DNA of 64,000 nt, from positions 1,374 through 65,373 of IMG/VR virus record IMGVR_UViG_3300021356_000016; one strand, 5' to 3'. The notes under the pieces are model-generated. The model was given only the letters and a program-made list of their open reading frames with translations, did not search any database and had not been told where the DNA came from. The position numbers and the translations under genes are program-made. Position 1 is the stretch's first letter. Each line of letters opens with the position of its first letter. This document shows positions 21,201 through 29,434 of this stretch, piece after piece. The DNA is from a virus. Taxonomy: Duplodnaviria; Caudoviricetes.

Positions 21201-21302
21201 ATTAAACAACAACCGATTATAGTTTTTCGTTTCGTCAAAGTCATCATAATAAGGTGACACATTAAAATCAGTCGTAAGTGATTTTGTATTTGCAGTTGCC
21301 AT
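15252..21302 (-). CDS. Giant virion structural protein (DUF4815/VrlC-like)
   Basis: 2016 aa. FNVSPYYDDFDETKNYNRLLFNPGYAVQARELTQLQ, APGADRLK, RRTFDESGDY, RFKNGILVDPF, DPIAQSF, PRVSDLRAIAL. Confidence 0.88.
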   Translation of the reverse strand: MATANTKSLTTDFNVSPYYDDFDETKNYNRLLFNPGYAVQARELTQLQTTLQNQIDRFAEHIFKEGSVVSGMGLNLDTSLPYIRLRDFAADGTTAVNPSDFIGKTITGSADGVQAYVVDAIDGSEAEYPNTKTLYVKYVSVGTNDAGKYTINETLTSDTLSANTWNAGGSALSNNVIRVTYDDGIMFAKDHFIRIDRQSVNASRYERTPTVKIGYVINEEIVKATTDNSLLDPAQGSPNENAPGADRLKLTATITTNNAITSTQEKDFVEILRLQSGAPVFKAEKPQYAIINDYIARRTFDESGDYLVEGLTVRLREHLKTSTNQGVYTAANGGDANNLSIDVSPGRAYVKGYQVDNLLTKHIAVEKGIDTLTSENLTIPINTGNYLEVKEVAGSFTAADSWSDVKLYDIEQYAISNTSISAPSLASTRGTEIGVATLKGIQFESGNPGEEDAVYRAYLTNIRMSGANTFTDVRSLVSVASSPQLPGTADVIVSNANTAVLKEVGYNTGVFKLGPQNAKTLKNNGSNDVTYEHFKAIASVADSGGSYSISTGGDKLPFAGGSTLNDTQKEDYWYLIANTDTESSSNLTGTISLTETTGALVGLSTAFDTELAEGDLIKFAGGQYVVLNEITNATTANVHISTNGTLTAESGATAKRAFRKGYPIPMPTASGRTITINSTADVATIDINVTTTDPLQIQGSTFFQRNDVGPKGKDIYKNLSVELKSIGAGGAKNAITGSAATAATDPLYIGFYDVLKVRQILKRDDTDFTTANYLTGSTDVTKEFNVFNGQKDNYYDHAYIQLKPSSTLSIDSSTTRLLVIMDVFKHDENDGISYMTIDSYPIDDSNPSATNTITTSEIPIFTSPTTGLEYRLRDSIDVRPRRGNGGSDASVNGNVDGAGQNPVPPAGFTTGAPGYLAFPKPNKSFVFNSSEFYLPRRDRIYVTEKGLFQTVKGVPAVNPLLPPPPADGLTIGLIDIAAFPSTPFEEAKASDSDDYLNVSRIKPVRQVRFTMKDIGTIKDRVDNLEYYTSLSMLESDTKNMTITDANGLDRFKNGILVDPFTGHNVGNVKNADYKISIDKEKNEIRPSFIVRDIPVEYNATTSAGVEKNGSYVTLPIQSHSVLVNQPLASNIRNATGLFYSWSGELELTPDGDIWTDTTTAPDVQVDFDLNTDNWQFLANSWGTEWGSWETINRDISTRTEQTRTNRGGRAGTLTSNITTTTLGQQRTGIRNIVVPETQTQSAGTSVRNVNLVPFMRSRIVDFKAIGMKPGAKVYPFFDGEDVSDYCRSTDSSFANPSSYGTQLTVNTNGEVYGQFRIPNNSAMRFRVGTKEFVLTDNLLGRTGSGETTTFARDEYTASGLQQTVSETVISTRTPKIVPSRVTDTRTSSSTSRSSSFVGDPLPPVAPRFTLEGDEVGTTPVLDVDSTAGDIDDGGGDDPIAQSFTIDTNGIGLFKSAQSTTGVFLSKIDLYFQKKDATYGVSVQIREVDASSGYVTPRILPFGQVDVPASSVNISDDASAVTTVVFPTPVYVKADSQYAIVIKPIANNPNYAVWTARIGDEDLSTGEKISEQPASGIFFASSNDKTWNAIQEEDLKYTLYVANFGTNASGTVELNTIQREYIKVNNASADFNRIGAELKGETTLTLATNIGGANNNGDFLVGETSGANGTITIIDGSSYRLKDVNGTFASGENAKLNNSVTKAKINAQNTPVATIEYYDAATQDYDELRVSGTSGGTFVTGMQVTNDENNSTADITELFDVPVDTLHNAIGKFEPEGTDTRITAALATSTTQLETTYGQLQDNGDTTFDSRKFVLSKPTEDAIAAGTRSGKLRVQLQNGDNFLVSPVIDLDRATLAAVENLVNNDSTGETAASGGNALARYITKTVTLAENQDAEDLKVFLTAYKPDTSDVKVYYKIMNANDPDDFENKSWFEMEQTTKATLYSDYENKDDVQEYEYRIPAANLTGTAQDVNTVVEYTYDSVTYSGYKYFAIKIVLLSSTFSNVPRVSDLRAIALQA

Positions 21303-21315
21303 TTATTGTATCCTA

Positions 21316-22869
21316 TTAGAACTTTAAAGTTACTTTAAAATTTTCTCTTTGTAAAGAATCTCTATCTACACCAGCATCAAAGTTATCTATAAACAAAACA
21401 TCACCTCTTGATAACTTGAACTCTCCGTTTTCGATCTTCGAAATAACAGCTTCTGTTCCAGATGAAGATCCTTTAATACTTGCTCCCACTGTGAACAATC
21501 CATTATTAGCATTTGTTGTTGACAATACTCCAGCCGTGTTCGATGCGTTTGTGTTTGCAAACTGAACTACATTGCTAGTAATGTCGCTTGAGTTTACAAA
21601 GTAGATTTGTTCGTCCTTAGTAAACTTGCCATCATTGGTGACGTTTACCAAAGTAAGATTTGTTGTTTGTCCATAAACATCTCCTTGTGCAAGTGCACCG
21701 TTTGAAGATAGCAATGGATTCTTAACTAAACCATAAAATCTAAAATCATTGTCTACTGTTTTTCCGGCATTGCCTTCATCGAATGCAACACTTTTATCAA
21801 TCATTATATTTATTCCATTCAGCTCATGTATCGCGTTTGAGCCATGTCCACCAGGTGGAGAAATGGTTGGACTAAGCGTTGCATTTTCTCCAGTGTTTCC
21901 AACTATTGTTGCTGATGCTTGCGTATATTCACTACCTTTTGAAATCATAATAATCGAATCGATGTTTGTGCCGTTTGTGTCAACAACACTTCTTGCGATT
22001 GCATCTACACCGTCGCCCTTTATTTCAACTGTTGGCGAAACGATGTATGTGGAAAGCAATGTTGGAGTAACTGTAAACGGACTTTCCAATCTTAGTGTTT
22101 TTGTTGCTCCGTTGTATTCTGTAATCTTTCTTATTTGCCCAGCACCTGTTCCGCTTGAAATGAATATGCTGTAGTTGAGATATGCGTTTGTGGTATCACT
22201 TGCGGAACCATCTAATGTGATATAATACTTATCAGCAGTGATTGCACTTATATTTCCGGTATCTGTAATGTAGTTATTGCCACTTTCCACGACTCTTATT
22301 TGTTTTAAGTCACCAATAACAGCTGTTTGTTGCACATCATACTGAGGTATGATTGAATTTGTTTCAAGTTTAACCGGAATGTAGTCATCTGTCTCAAACT
22401 TATTTTTGAGTGCAGAGTTATATCCGTACATAAACTTCCAGGTGTATCCATCAGAAGTCGTAAACTCCTCTGTCGATGTTCCTGTTGGTTCAACTGTAGA
22501 TTGACCGCTGTTTGCAATGCACTTGTAAACATTATCAACACTTGTCCTTACATAGAAAGGAGTCGTGTTTGAGTAAAGTGTTGCGTTATCATGCACGAAA
22601 TGGTTATAGATTTGTCCATTTGCCCAATCATATCTTGGCACAACATGCTCAATATCGTTTTCAACAACTCTTACTGCGTGAACAATATCTTTCCATATGT
22701 CATGCACAGTATCTTTATCAGAATCCAATAACGTTGGAGCACTGCCGGTTTCCCAGTCATACGTCTTGCCAACAAACACGTACAGATTATTGTCCGTACT
22801 AGTGTCGAAGGTTTCTTTAAAGTTTGCTGCATTGTTTAAACGCAGATATCTTGTAATGTATTGTGCCAT
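21316..22869 (-). CDS. gp8: Baseplate wedge subunit gp8
   Basis: VVPRYDW, NVYKCIAN, SDGYTWKFMY, SPPGGHGSNAIHEL, RENFKVTLKF. Confidence 0.88.
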   Translation of the reverse strand: MAQYITRYLRLNNAANFKETFDTSTDNNLYVFVGKTYDWETGSAPTLLDSDKDTVHDIWKDIVHAVRVVENDIEHVVPRYDWANGQIYNHFVHDNATLYSNTTPFYVRTSVDNVYKCIANSGQSTVEPTGTSTEEFTTSDGYTWKFMYGYNSALKNKFETDDYIPVKLETNSIIPQYDVQQTAVIGDLKQIRVVESGNNYITDTGNISAITADKYYITLDGSASDTTNAYLNYSIFISSGTGAGQIRKITEYNGATKTLRLESPFTVTPTLLSTYIVSPTVEIKGDGVDAIARSVVDTNGTNIDSIIMISKGSEYTQASATIVGNTGENATLSPTISPPGGHGSNAIHELNGINIMIDKSVAFDEGNAGKTVDNDFRFYGLVKNPLLSSNGALAQGDVYGQTTNLTLVNVTNDGKFTKDEQIYFVNSSDITSNVVQFANTNASNTAGVLSTTNANNGLFTVGASIKGSSSGTEAVISKIENGEFKLSRGDVLFIDNFDAGVDRDSLQRENFKVTLKF

Positions 22870-22875
22870 GTATTT

Positions 22876-24495
22876 TTATACCGTTATGGATTCTACATTT
22901 GCTTCAACTGTTACTGTTGACACTGCAATCGAGTTATCAAATTGCTTTCTACCAAACAGCATGTTTCCAGCTGGATGCAACAGTTTTAGCAATAACTTTC
23001 TATAACTATTTATAACCTGGTTAGATGTTATTTCATAAGAAAATTCTTGATAGAAGTAGTTATCTTGTAATCTCTTGTTAGATGATAACCAACCTCTTGT
23101 GTCAAGATATCTGCCTTCAATATCAACAACACCAGTGACGCTCCCCGTTGCGGTTGCGTTGTATGTGTTTGCCCTTGAACGATTTATCAACGTGTATCTA
23201 TTTGATGCGTTGTACGTAGTGATAAGTTTACTGTCAACTGTTGCGGCTGCAATCGAACCATCAACATATGCAGGAGTTATGACTGCGTTTTCTCCTAGTG
23301 GTGGTCCTAATACGGCAGTTGCTTCTGCGTCTAATACTTCAACAGTTGGCAATGAAGTATAACCTCCGCCTGTACTGAATGTTGCTATCGTATTGATAAC
23401 ACCGTATAGGGAGTTTGCAGTGGGCAAAGCATCTGACATTAAACTATCGACGTTTGCTGTAGAAAGTTCTGTGCTAATCAAAATAGAAACATTTCCGTAT
23501 GCACCAAAACTAGGACTCGTATCAATTGCTACGTTAGCCACATATTCGATTTTGTCTGTTTGTATTGCGACATTACCAGAAGGAACGATGCTAGTAATAA
23601 GAAACCCAGCATCAGTTCCAGGACCACCAACAACAGAAACTGATCCTAATGTTGGATTACCTGTTGGGTTGTTCGCATCAACATAAGAAATGCGATAACC
23701 ATCACCGCCGTTTGTTACAGTAAAGTCAATTGCTGATGTGTTTGATATTGCAGTAACAGTACCGGTAGCACCCGATCCGATTAGTCCTTCTATATCAATC
23801 TTATCACCAACTTGATGCCCAGATCCACCCGACAATATAGTTATTGATTTTAACTGTCCTACTGTGTTATCTATTTTAGCAGTGATCGTTTGATCTGTAT
23901 TTTCTATCGTTTCACCATCTACAAATGTGCCCAAAACATTTGATATGGTAATGTCATAAAAGTCTAATCCGTTTACTAAATTGTAGTTAACAGTTTGTAC
24001 TCTTGCTATTGCACCAGATGTTAAACCTTTAATCGTATAACCGTCAATATCAGTTATTGTGCCGGTGATTGGTGTAAGCCTTAACTTTATGGTTTCATAC
24101 CATTGCCCATCTGAAGCACGAAGTATATCTTCACCTGGGTTATAGAAACTGATTTCTTCATTGAACAAAATTCTAAACAACAGTTCAAAAGATTCTTCTG
24201 TGCCTTTTGATAAGTACAAATCACGAACATGCTTTAGGAAAAGTTTATCATCTACCATAAGTGTTTTTGGAACACTTGTGAAAACTTCTCTATAAAAATA
24301 GTCTATGAATTTTTCTAACGTGTTATCAAGATCTTGATAATTCAGTAAGTTCTTATTTGCATCTAAGGCATTTCCAGTCTGTTCCATATACTCATAATAA
24401 GCTTTGACAAACTGAATAAGATTCTGGCCTTCGTCATAAACGAAATCCGGAAACTGTTGCTCAATAAGTACTGAGGTTTTATTGTCTATTGCCAT
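22876..24495 (-). CDS. gp7: Baseplate wedge initiator gp7-like
   Basis: QQFPDFV, FVKAYYEY, LYLSKGTEESFELLFRILF, LQDNYFYQEFSY, LHPAG. Confidence 0.82.
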   Translation of the reverse strand: MAIDNKTSVLIEQQFPDFVYDEGQNLIQFVKAYYEYMEQTGNALDANKNLLNYQDLDNTLEKFIDYFYREVFTSVPKTLMVDDKLFLKHVRDLYLSKGTEESFELLFRILFNEEISFYNPGEDILRASDGQWYETIKLRLTPITGTITDIDGYTIKGLTSGAIARVQTVNYNLVNGLDFYDITISNVLGTFVDGETIENTDQTITAKIDNTVGQLKSITILSGGSGHQVGDKIDIEGLIGSGATGTVTAISNTSAIDFTVTNGGDGYRISYVDANNPTGNPTLGSVSVVGGPGTDAGFLITSIVPSGNVAIQTDKIEYVANVAIDTSPSFGAYGNVSILISTELSTANVDSLMSDALPTANSLYGVINTIATFSTGGGYTSLPTVEVLDAEATAVLGPPLGENAVITPAYVDGSIAAATVDSKLITTYNASNRYTLINRSRANTYNATATGSVTGVVDIEGRYLDTRGWLSSNKRLQDNYFYQEFSYEITSNQVINSYRKLLLKLLHPAGNMLFGRKQFDNSIAVSTVTVEANVESITV

Positions 24496-26354
24496 TACAC
24501 AACAGTTCCTAATGCAACTTCATTAATTTGTGTAGCATCACCGATTGTGTTTACTGTTTTTGCGACCTTTGCAGTCGAACCGCTAACATCGCGCAAATCA
24601 AATGTTGTCCCACTTAGCAACAAGATTTGGTACCTATTGCTAGTAATGTCATAACTGTTTGGACTCACGGAAACTTCTACTTGATCGTTTGTAGCTGCGG
24701 TTGGTTTGAAACTGATTAGTTGGATCTTACCTGACGTGTAATCAATCGTGCCTTGCGTATTGTTTGTATAGACCTTTGTTACCCCGTCAACGTCCAAGTA
24801 ATATGCACGAACATTTCCTTTACCATCATCATCTAAATATGTAGTTTTTCCACCAAGAGTGAATGATGTAGAAGTCAACGTTGAGCTGCCGTCATTTCTG
24901 CATTTCTCTAAAGCATTTTGAAAGTTTAATGTGTATGTGGTATTGTTACTAAAATCAGGAGTAAATCTTTTTTGTAACAACAGTGTCGAGCTATTGTTTT
25001 GTATTGAAGTATTGGTGTCATCAATCGCTGCACTAAAGTTGGAATATTTCAAGTTGTTATTTTCAAACGTGCCAAGGTTTGTTGTTTCAAAATTCTTAAT
25101 CGTGGTTTCTATGTTTGTTGCTAACGCATTTGGTGATAAGCTTGTTTGTTTGCTATCGTAGTAAACTGTGATTGTTGGCTTGATGTAAAGATACGTTGGA
25201 TCTACAAATCGTATGTCCATTGCCATCACATTATACTTTTTCAGGTATTGCTTGATCTCGTCCTTCTTCTGTTGTGATAAAAACGTTGAGTTTTCTGTTC
25301 GACCAGATATGAATACCTTTCCATATATTGGTTGGTCGTTTTCTTCACCGCCCCAGACACTGATGCTTTTGAGATCACCAAACTGTTTTAGCAATAGACT
25401 TTTATAGTCAGTCGCAAGCACTGCACGATCTTGTGTTTCAAAATATCTTGGTGCGTTAAACTTGATGGACTCAACGGATTCAATCTCATCTCCTCCGCTT
25501 GTTTTATCTTCAACTGTAGAACCGGTAACATCAGCACCAGGTACTGTTGTTGGCACAACGAATGTGTTTACACCATTTGTGATTGAACCATTACAAACAC
25601 GATAGGAAATGCTTACGACGTTGCCATCACTAAGTTGTTTTCCTATAACACCATCGCCGAAATAAACTTCATAAAGATTGTCGTTTATTTCCTGAATAAA
25701 GTAAACTGCAGAGTCCTTATTTACATCTAAAATATTTTCCGCTAATGTGAAAGTCTCTATGTTACTAGAACCTGCAGTTTCTTCTACTGTTATTGTAATC
25801 GAAGTTGTATCTACGTTTTCGTTTGGTATGACGTACTTGACTGGGTTAACTGTGCTGACCGTATACTTTTGTGTGAGCGGATTGCCTTCTACGATTGTGA
25901 CAATTCCTTCGTATGTTCCATTGTCATCATAGATGATATAGTTTTCTGGTGTAACCCAAGTATATTCGATGCCGTCAATTGTTGCTGTGAACTCTGTATT
26001 TTTTGGAATAGTGATTGAAAGTGGTGCTGGTGTTGGAGGATTAGGTGTTAACTCCAAACAAACTCGTGTACTACTTCCTCTTGCAGATCTTGTTGTGTAT
26101 CCTAGCATCTTTGCTCTTGAAACAACACTGTCTCTCAACAATGCTGAGTCCAAAAACATTTCGTTACCGACCATGCTTGTGAGAAATGCATTTTGATATG
26201 TGTTATAAGCCATCATATCAAGGAGCAGACTAATCGTAGAACCTTCAAAGTTATAGTCGATAAATTCTGGCTTTGCCTTGATGTAATCCTTGATACCTTC
26301 TCTTATGGTATCAAAATCAAGTTCTGTTATTTTTAATGCGGTGTTAGCTGCCAT
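24495..26354 (-). CDS. gp6: Baseplate wedge subunit gp6
   Basis: ELDFDTI, DYNFEGS, EMFLDSA, FGDGVIGK, ESIKFNAP, QDRAVLATDY, WGGEEN. Confidence 0.93.
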   Translation of the reverse strand: MAANTALKITELDFDTIREGIKDYIKAKPEFIDYNFEGSTISLLLDMMAYNTYQNAFLTSMVGNEMFLDSALLRDSVVSRAKMLGYTTRSARGSSTRVCLELTPNPPTPAPLSITIPKNTEFTATIDGIEYTWVTPENYIIYDDNGTYEGIVTIVEGNPLTQKYTVSTVNPVKYVIPNENVDTTSITITVEETAGSSNIETFTLAENILDVNKDSAVYFIQEINDNLYEVYFGDGVIGKQLSDGNVVSISYRVCNGSITNGVNTFVVPTTVPGADVTGSTVEDKTSGGDEIESVESIKFNAPRYFETQDRAVLATDYKSLLLKQFGDLKSISVWGGEENDQPIYGKVFISGRTENSTFLSQQKKDEIKQYLKKYNVMAMDIRFVDPTYLYIKPTITVYYDSKQTSLSPNALATNIETTIKNFETTNLGTFENNNLKYSNFSAAIDDTNTSIQNNSSTLLLQKRFTPDFSNNTTYTLNFQNALEKCRNDGSSTLTSTSFTLGGKTTYLDDDGKGNVRAYYLDVDGVTKVYTNNTQGTIDYTSGKIQLISFKPTAATNDQVEVSVSPNSYDITSNRYQILLLSGTTFDLRDVSGSTAKVAKTVNTIGDATQINEVALGTVV

Positions 26355-26749
26355 TATCTTACTCGTTGTAGTTGAACGGTTACTTCGACTGGATCTATAA
26401 GTGCACGTATACCAAACTTGATCTTTGCGCTTAATGTATTCGTGTCAGCTTCACTGTTTACAACTATGCTAATAATGTCTGCACGTGGTTCGAAGTTTTC
26501 TAATGATTGTCTGATGTTTGTTGCTAAGTTGTATTCTAAAAACGCATCTGCGTTTTCAAAAAGTTGAGCTGTAACATTACCACCAAATCTAGGATTGTAT
26601 GGTCTTTCGTAAAAGTTAGTCAACACGATATTCTTTACGGCTTGCTTCACGGCATCGGCATTTACCAAAGCATTTACCTTTTTCGTTATTGGATGTCTAT
26701 TAAAAGACAAAGGTAAGTCTTTATACAGTTCTTCTTCGGGCGCCGGCAT
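26354..26749 (-). CDS. gp25: Baseplate wedge subunit gp25
   Basis: YKDLPLSF..HP, AVKQAVKNIVLTNFYERPYNP.FG, FEPR. Confidence 0.92.
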   Translation of the reverse strand: MPAPEEELYKDLPLSFNRHPITKKVNALVNADAVKQAVKNIVLTNFYERPYNPRFGGNVTAQLFENADAFLEYNLATNIRQSLENFEPRADIISIVVNSEADTNTLSAKIKFGIRALIDPVEVTVQLQRVR

Positions 26750-26776
26750 CTGAAGTCTCCAAGTTCTATGTGTTTT

Positions 26777-26784
26777 TATTTATA
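26777..26784 (-). promoter_or_regulatory. T4-type late promoter TATAAATA for gp25-gp6-gp7-gp8
   Basis: Exact match upstream of gp25. Confidence 0.72.
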
Positions 26785-26790
26785 ATGACT

Positions 26791-28188
26791 TTAACCTATT
26801 CTCCAGTTCGTGCCATCATAAAACACTGGAACAAAGTTTGAGCCAGTTCCTGCTACTACACTGTGAAATGTAGTTGCTGTTGCATCATTCACGAAATGTC
26901 GTGTTCCTGGTGCCGGTGCTGTTGGCAAGTTTGCTACAGTAACTACAGGTTGTCTTCCGTCTGACCAGTACATGTACCCTGACGTGTTTGCGGATAAGAC
27001 ATAGTGAGATGTATTTGCCGGTGCAGTATTAGGCAATCTTAAATCAACATTTGCCGCATAGTTTCCAGGTGATCTTAATGAAATGTAGTAATCGTTATTT
27101 GCTTGATGAAATCTTAACTCGGACTGTGCTCTTAACGATGTGGTTCCATCAACATCAAGTCTTGCATCGAGTTCTTTTTCGGTACCAGATATTATTGTTC
27201 CTAAACGCAATGTATAGTTATTAAACTCGGCCATTGAGATCATACCATTCGCAAAGGCTTCGATTAAAGGTTTACCATCAATATCAGTTACACCAAATAC
27301 TGAGTTACTAAAGTCAGTTGTTACTGAAAAAATCTCCCCGTTGTCGTTACTGAATGACAGCGCAGTGTAATCAGTAGCAACACCCGAACCTTGTTCATCC
27401 TTAACGGTCATGGTGATTATGTTATTGGGTGTAGTGTTTGCACCACTGAAAACCATTCTAGGATTTGAAACAACACCGCCATCATTAATCGAAATCGTAT
27501 TTGAGACGTAAAGAGTTTGAATGTTGTTGGCCCATTTAAACGCGCTGTTGCCAGCAAGGTTCGTTCCGTCTGCCCAATAAGCTATCTGATATGTGTCCGG
27601 TGAGCCAACTTTAGAAGCACCGCCTCCACCTTCAGACCAATACATGTAGCCAGATGTGTTTGATGCAAGCACATAATTTGTGGCAGTTGCGTGTGTGTTT
27701 GGTAAGAAAAATGTTACGTTTGAAGTATATGCATCTGCCGATTTAAGTGCTATGTAATAATCGTTATTTGCTTGATGAAATCTTAACTCGGATTGAGCAC
27801 GAAGCGATGTGGTTCCATCAACATCAAGTCTTGCATCAAGTTCTTTTTCAGTACCAGATATTATTGTTCCTAAACGCAATGTATAGTTATTAAACTCGGC
27901 CATCGAAATCATGCCGTTTGCAAAGGCTTCGATTAAAGGCTTTCCGTTAATATCAGTAACACCAAATACGCTATTTGAAAAGTCTGTGGTGATGGAGAAA
28001 ATTTCACCGTTATCATTTGAATACGAAATCGCCGTATAGTCAGTAGCAACACCTGAACCTTGCTCATCCTTAACGGTCATGGTGATTATGTTATTGGGTG
28101 TAGTGTTTGCACCACTAAAGGAAATAGAAGGTTCTGATGTTTCTCCTTTATTTGGTGTTATTAGTATGTCTTTATCCGAGTTTGCCAT
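26791..28188 (-). CDS. Fibre-like protein with an internal ~160-aa duplication
   Basis: MANSDKDILITPN N-terminus and two near-identical SGANTTPNNII...YMYWS blocks. Confidence 0.75.
   Translation of the reverse strand: MANSDKDILITPNKGETSEPSISFSGANTTPNNIITMTVKDEQGSGVATDYTAISYSNDNGEIFSITTDFSNSVFGVTDINGKPLIEAFANGMISMAEFNNYTLRLGTIISGTEKELDARLDVDGTTSLRAQSELRFHQANNDYYIALKSADAYTSNVTFFLPNTHATATNYVLASNTSGYMYWSEGGGGASKVGSPDTYQIAYWADGTNLAGNSAFKWANNIQTLYVSNTISINDGGVVSNPRMVFSGANTTPNNIITMTVKDEQGSGVATDYTALSFSNDNGEIFSVTTDFSNSVFGVTDIDGKPLIEAFANGMISMAEFNNYTLRLGTIISGTEKELDARLDVDGTTSLRAQSELRFHQANNDYYISLRSPGNYAANVDLRLPNTAPANTSHYVLSANTSGYMYWSDGRQPVVTVANLPTAPAPGTRHFVNDATATTFHSVVAGTGSNFVPVFYDGTNWRIG
26961..28116 (-). 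repeat. Intragenic direct repeat, two copies of ~485 nt (about 26961-27447 and 27633-28116)
   Basis: Identical runs of ~50 nt, e.g. ACCAGATATTATTGTTCCTAAACGCAATGTATAGTTATTAAACTCGGCCAT, at an offset of ~669 nt. Confidence 0.9.
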
Positions 28189-28193
28189 GTTTT

Positions 28194-28913
28194 TTATATT
28201 CCAAATCTACTACGCAATGCGCTAAAATTTGTTTGGATTTCTGATGATGTGAGTGCTCTGTTGTATATTCTAAAGTTTGCTATTTTTCCATCATGGTTAT
28301 AGCTATTGTTTCCGCCGTACTTACCAATGTTTAAAGTTGTAGATGATATATTATAGCTATCGCCAGATGATGATGTAACAAACTGCCCGTCTACATACAT
28401 CGACGTTGTTGTACCACTTCTTGTCATTGTAACATCATACCATCTATCAGCGACAGGTACTGTACCTTGAGTGTACACATTGCTACTCACACCTAAAGTA
28501 GGATTGTAGTATCTAAACCCGTATCCACTTACGCTAGTTCCTGCCGTCAATGTTCCTCCGTTTGAACCAAAATCATAGATATATTGATTAGGACCAGTAC
28601 TATCTTTCAATACCCATACAGTTATTGTAAAATCATTTGTTCCTGGTTGAACATTAGAAACTGTAACTGAGTCATCGCTTCCATCGAAAACAATAGACCC
28701 ACCATTGGCACTATCAAAGGTGGCCCCGCCGTTGATTGTTCCATCATTTCCATTACCGCTTATGTCAAACCAAGTAGTTCCACTGCCAGGATACGATGCA
28801 GTATCACCAGCGTCTAAATAAAGTGTTAAACCATCAGTGATAACAAAAAAGCGTTCTATTTTGCCAGTTTCAGAATTTCTTTTTCCATATACTACTCCCA
28901 TTTTACACTCCAA
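28194..28913 (-). CDS. LamG/concanavalin A-like lectin domain protein
   Basis: TDGLTLYLDAG..SYPGSGTTWFDISGNGNDGT, FTITVWV, MYVDGQ, GKIANFRIYNRALTSSEI. True start may be the MGVVYGK ATG four codons in. Confidence 0.85.
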   Translation of the reverse strand: MECKMGVVYGKRNSETGKIERFFVITDGLTLYLDAGDTASYPGSGTTWFDISGNGNDGTINGGATFDSANGGSIVFDGSDDSVTVSNVQPGTNDFTITVWVLKDSTGPNQYIYDFGSNGGTLTAGTSVSGYGFRYYNPTLGVSSNVYTQGTVPVADRWYDVTMTRSGTTTSMYVDGQFVTSSSGDSYNISSTTLNIGKYGGNNSYNHDGKIANFRIYNRALTSSEIQTNFSALRSRFGI

Positions 28914-28915
28914 AC

Positions 28916-29434
28916 TTAAGCATATAGGACATCGTTGTTTGACGTATCATATTCTGACGAAAGTGTATATTGTCCAGTCCACGGTATATTAGTTACATAT
29001 TTTACATTGTGCCAAACGGTATCATCCTGAGAAGCTTCTAGTCTAAATGAATCCATGTATCTGTCGCTATCGCTATATCCGGCTTGTTTGATTCCGTTTA
29101 CTGGAGTAACATTAGTGTTTGCACCAAAATCAATCTTAATCCAAAAACTAGGATCTTCTGCTGTGCTTTCATACCATAAAGTTCTCGATGAGGAGCCTAT
29201 AATCCCATCAAATAACATACTAAAAGGATAGGTCGACGCTGCTACTTCAGGCGGAGTAGAACTAGTTTTAGCTCCATCGTCGTTCACAACAACTCCATTC
29301 TTTAAAAATTGGAGTTCGGATATTTCAAGATAACCTCCGCCGGGAATGCTTATATCAGTTATTCTCCAATAGCGATATGACTTTGCCCTTGTTAGCTTCC
29401 CATCTGATCCTCTTTTTCCGCTTACTACAGCCAT
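28916..29434 (-). CDS. Discoidin/F5-8 type C-like carbohydrate-binding protein
   Basis: YRYWRI, ISELQF, WIKIDFG, FRLEASQDDTVW motifs. Confidence 0.7.
   Translation of the reverse strand: MAVVSGKRGSDGKLTRAKSYRYWRITDISIPGGGYLEISELQFLKNGVVVNDDGAKTSSTPPEVAASTYPFSMLFDGIIGSSSRTLWYESTAEDPSFWIKIDFGANTNVTPVNGIKQAGYSDSDRYMDSFRLEASQDDTVWHNVKYVTNIPWTGQYTLSSEYDTSNNDVLYA

Noticed and set aside
26961-28116. Repeat pair as a diversity-generating retroelement TR/VR
   Set aside because: Differences are mostly synonymous and not adenine-specific, both copies are in one ORF, and no reverse transcriptase is in the window.
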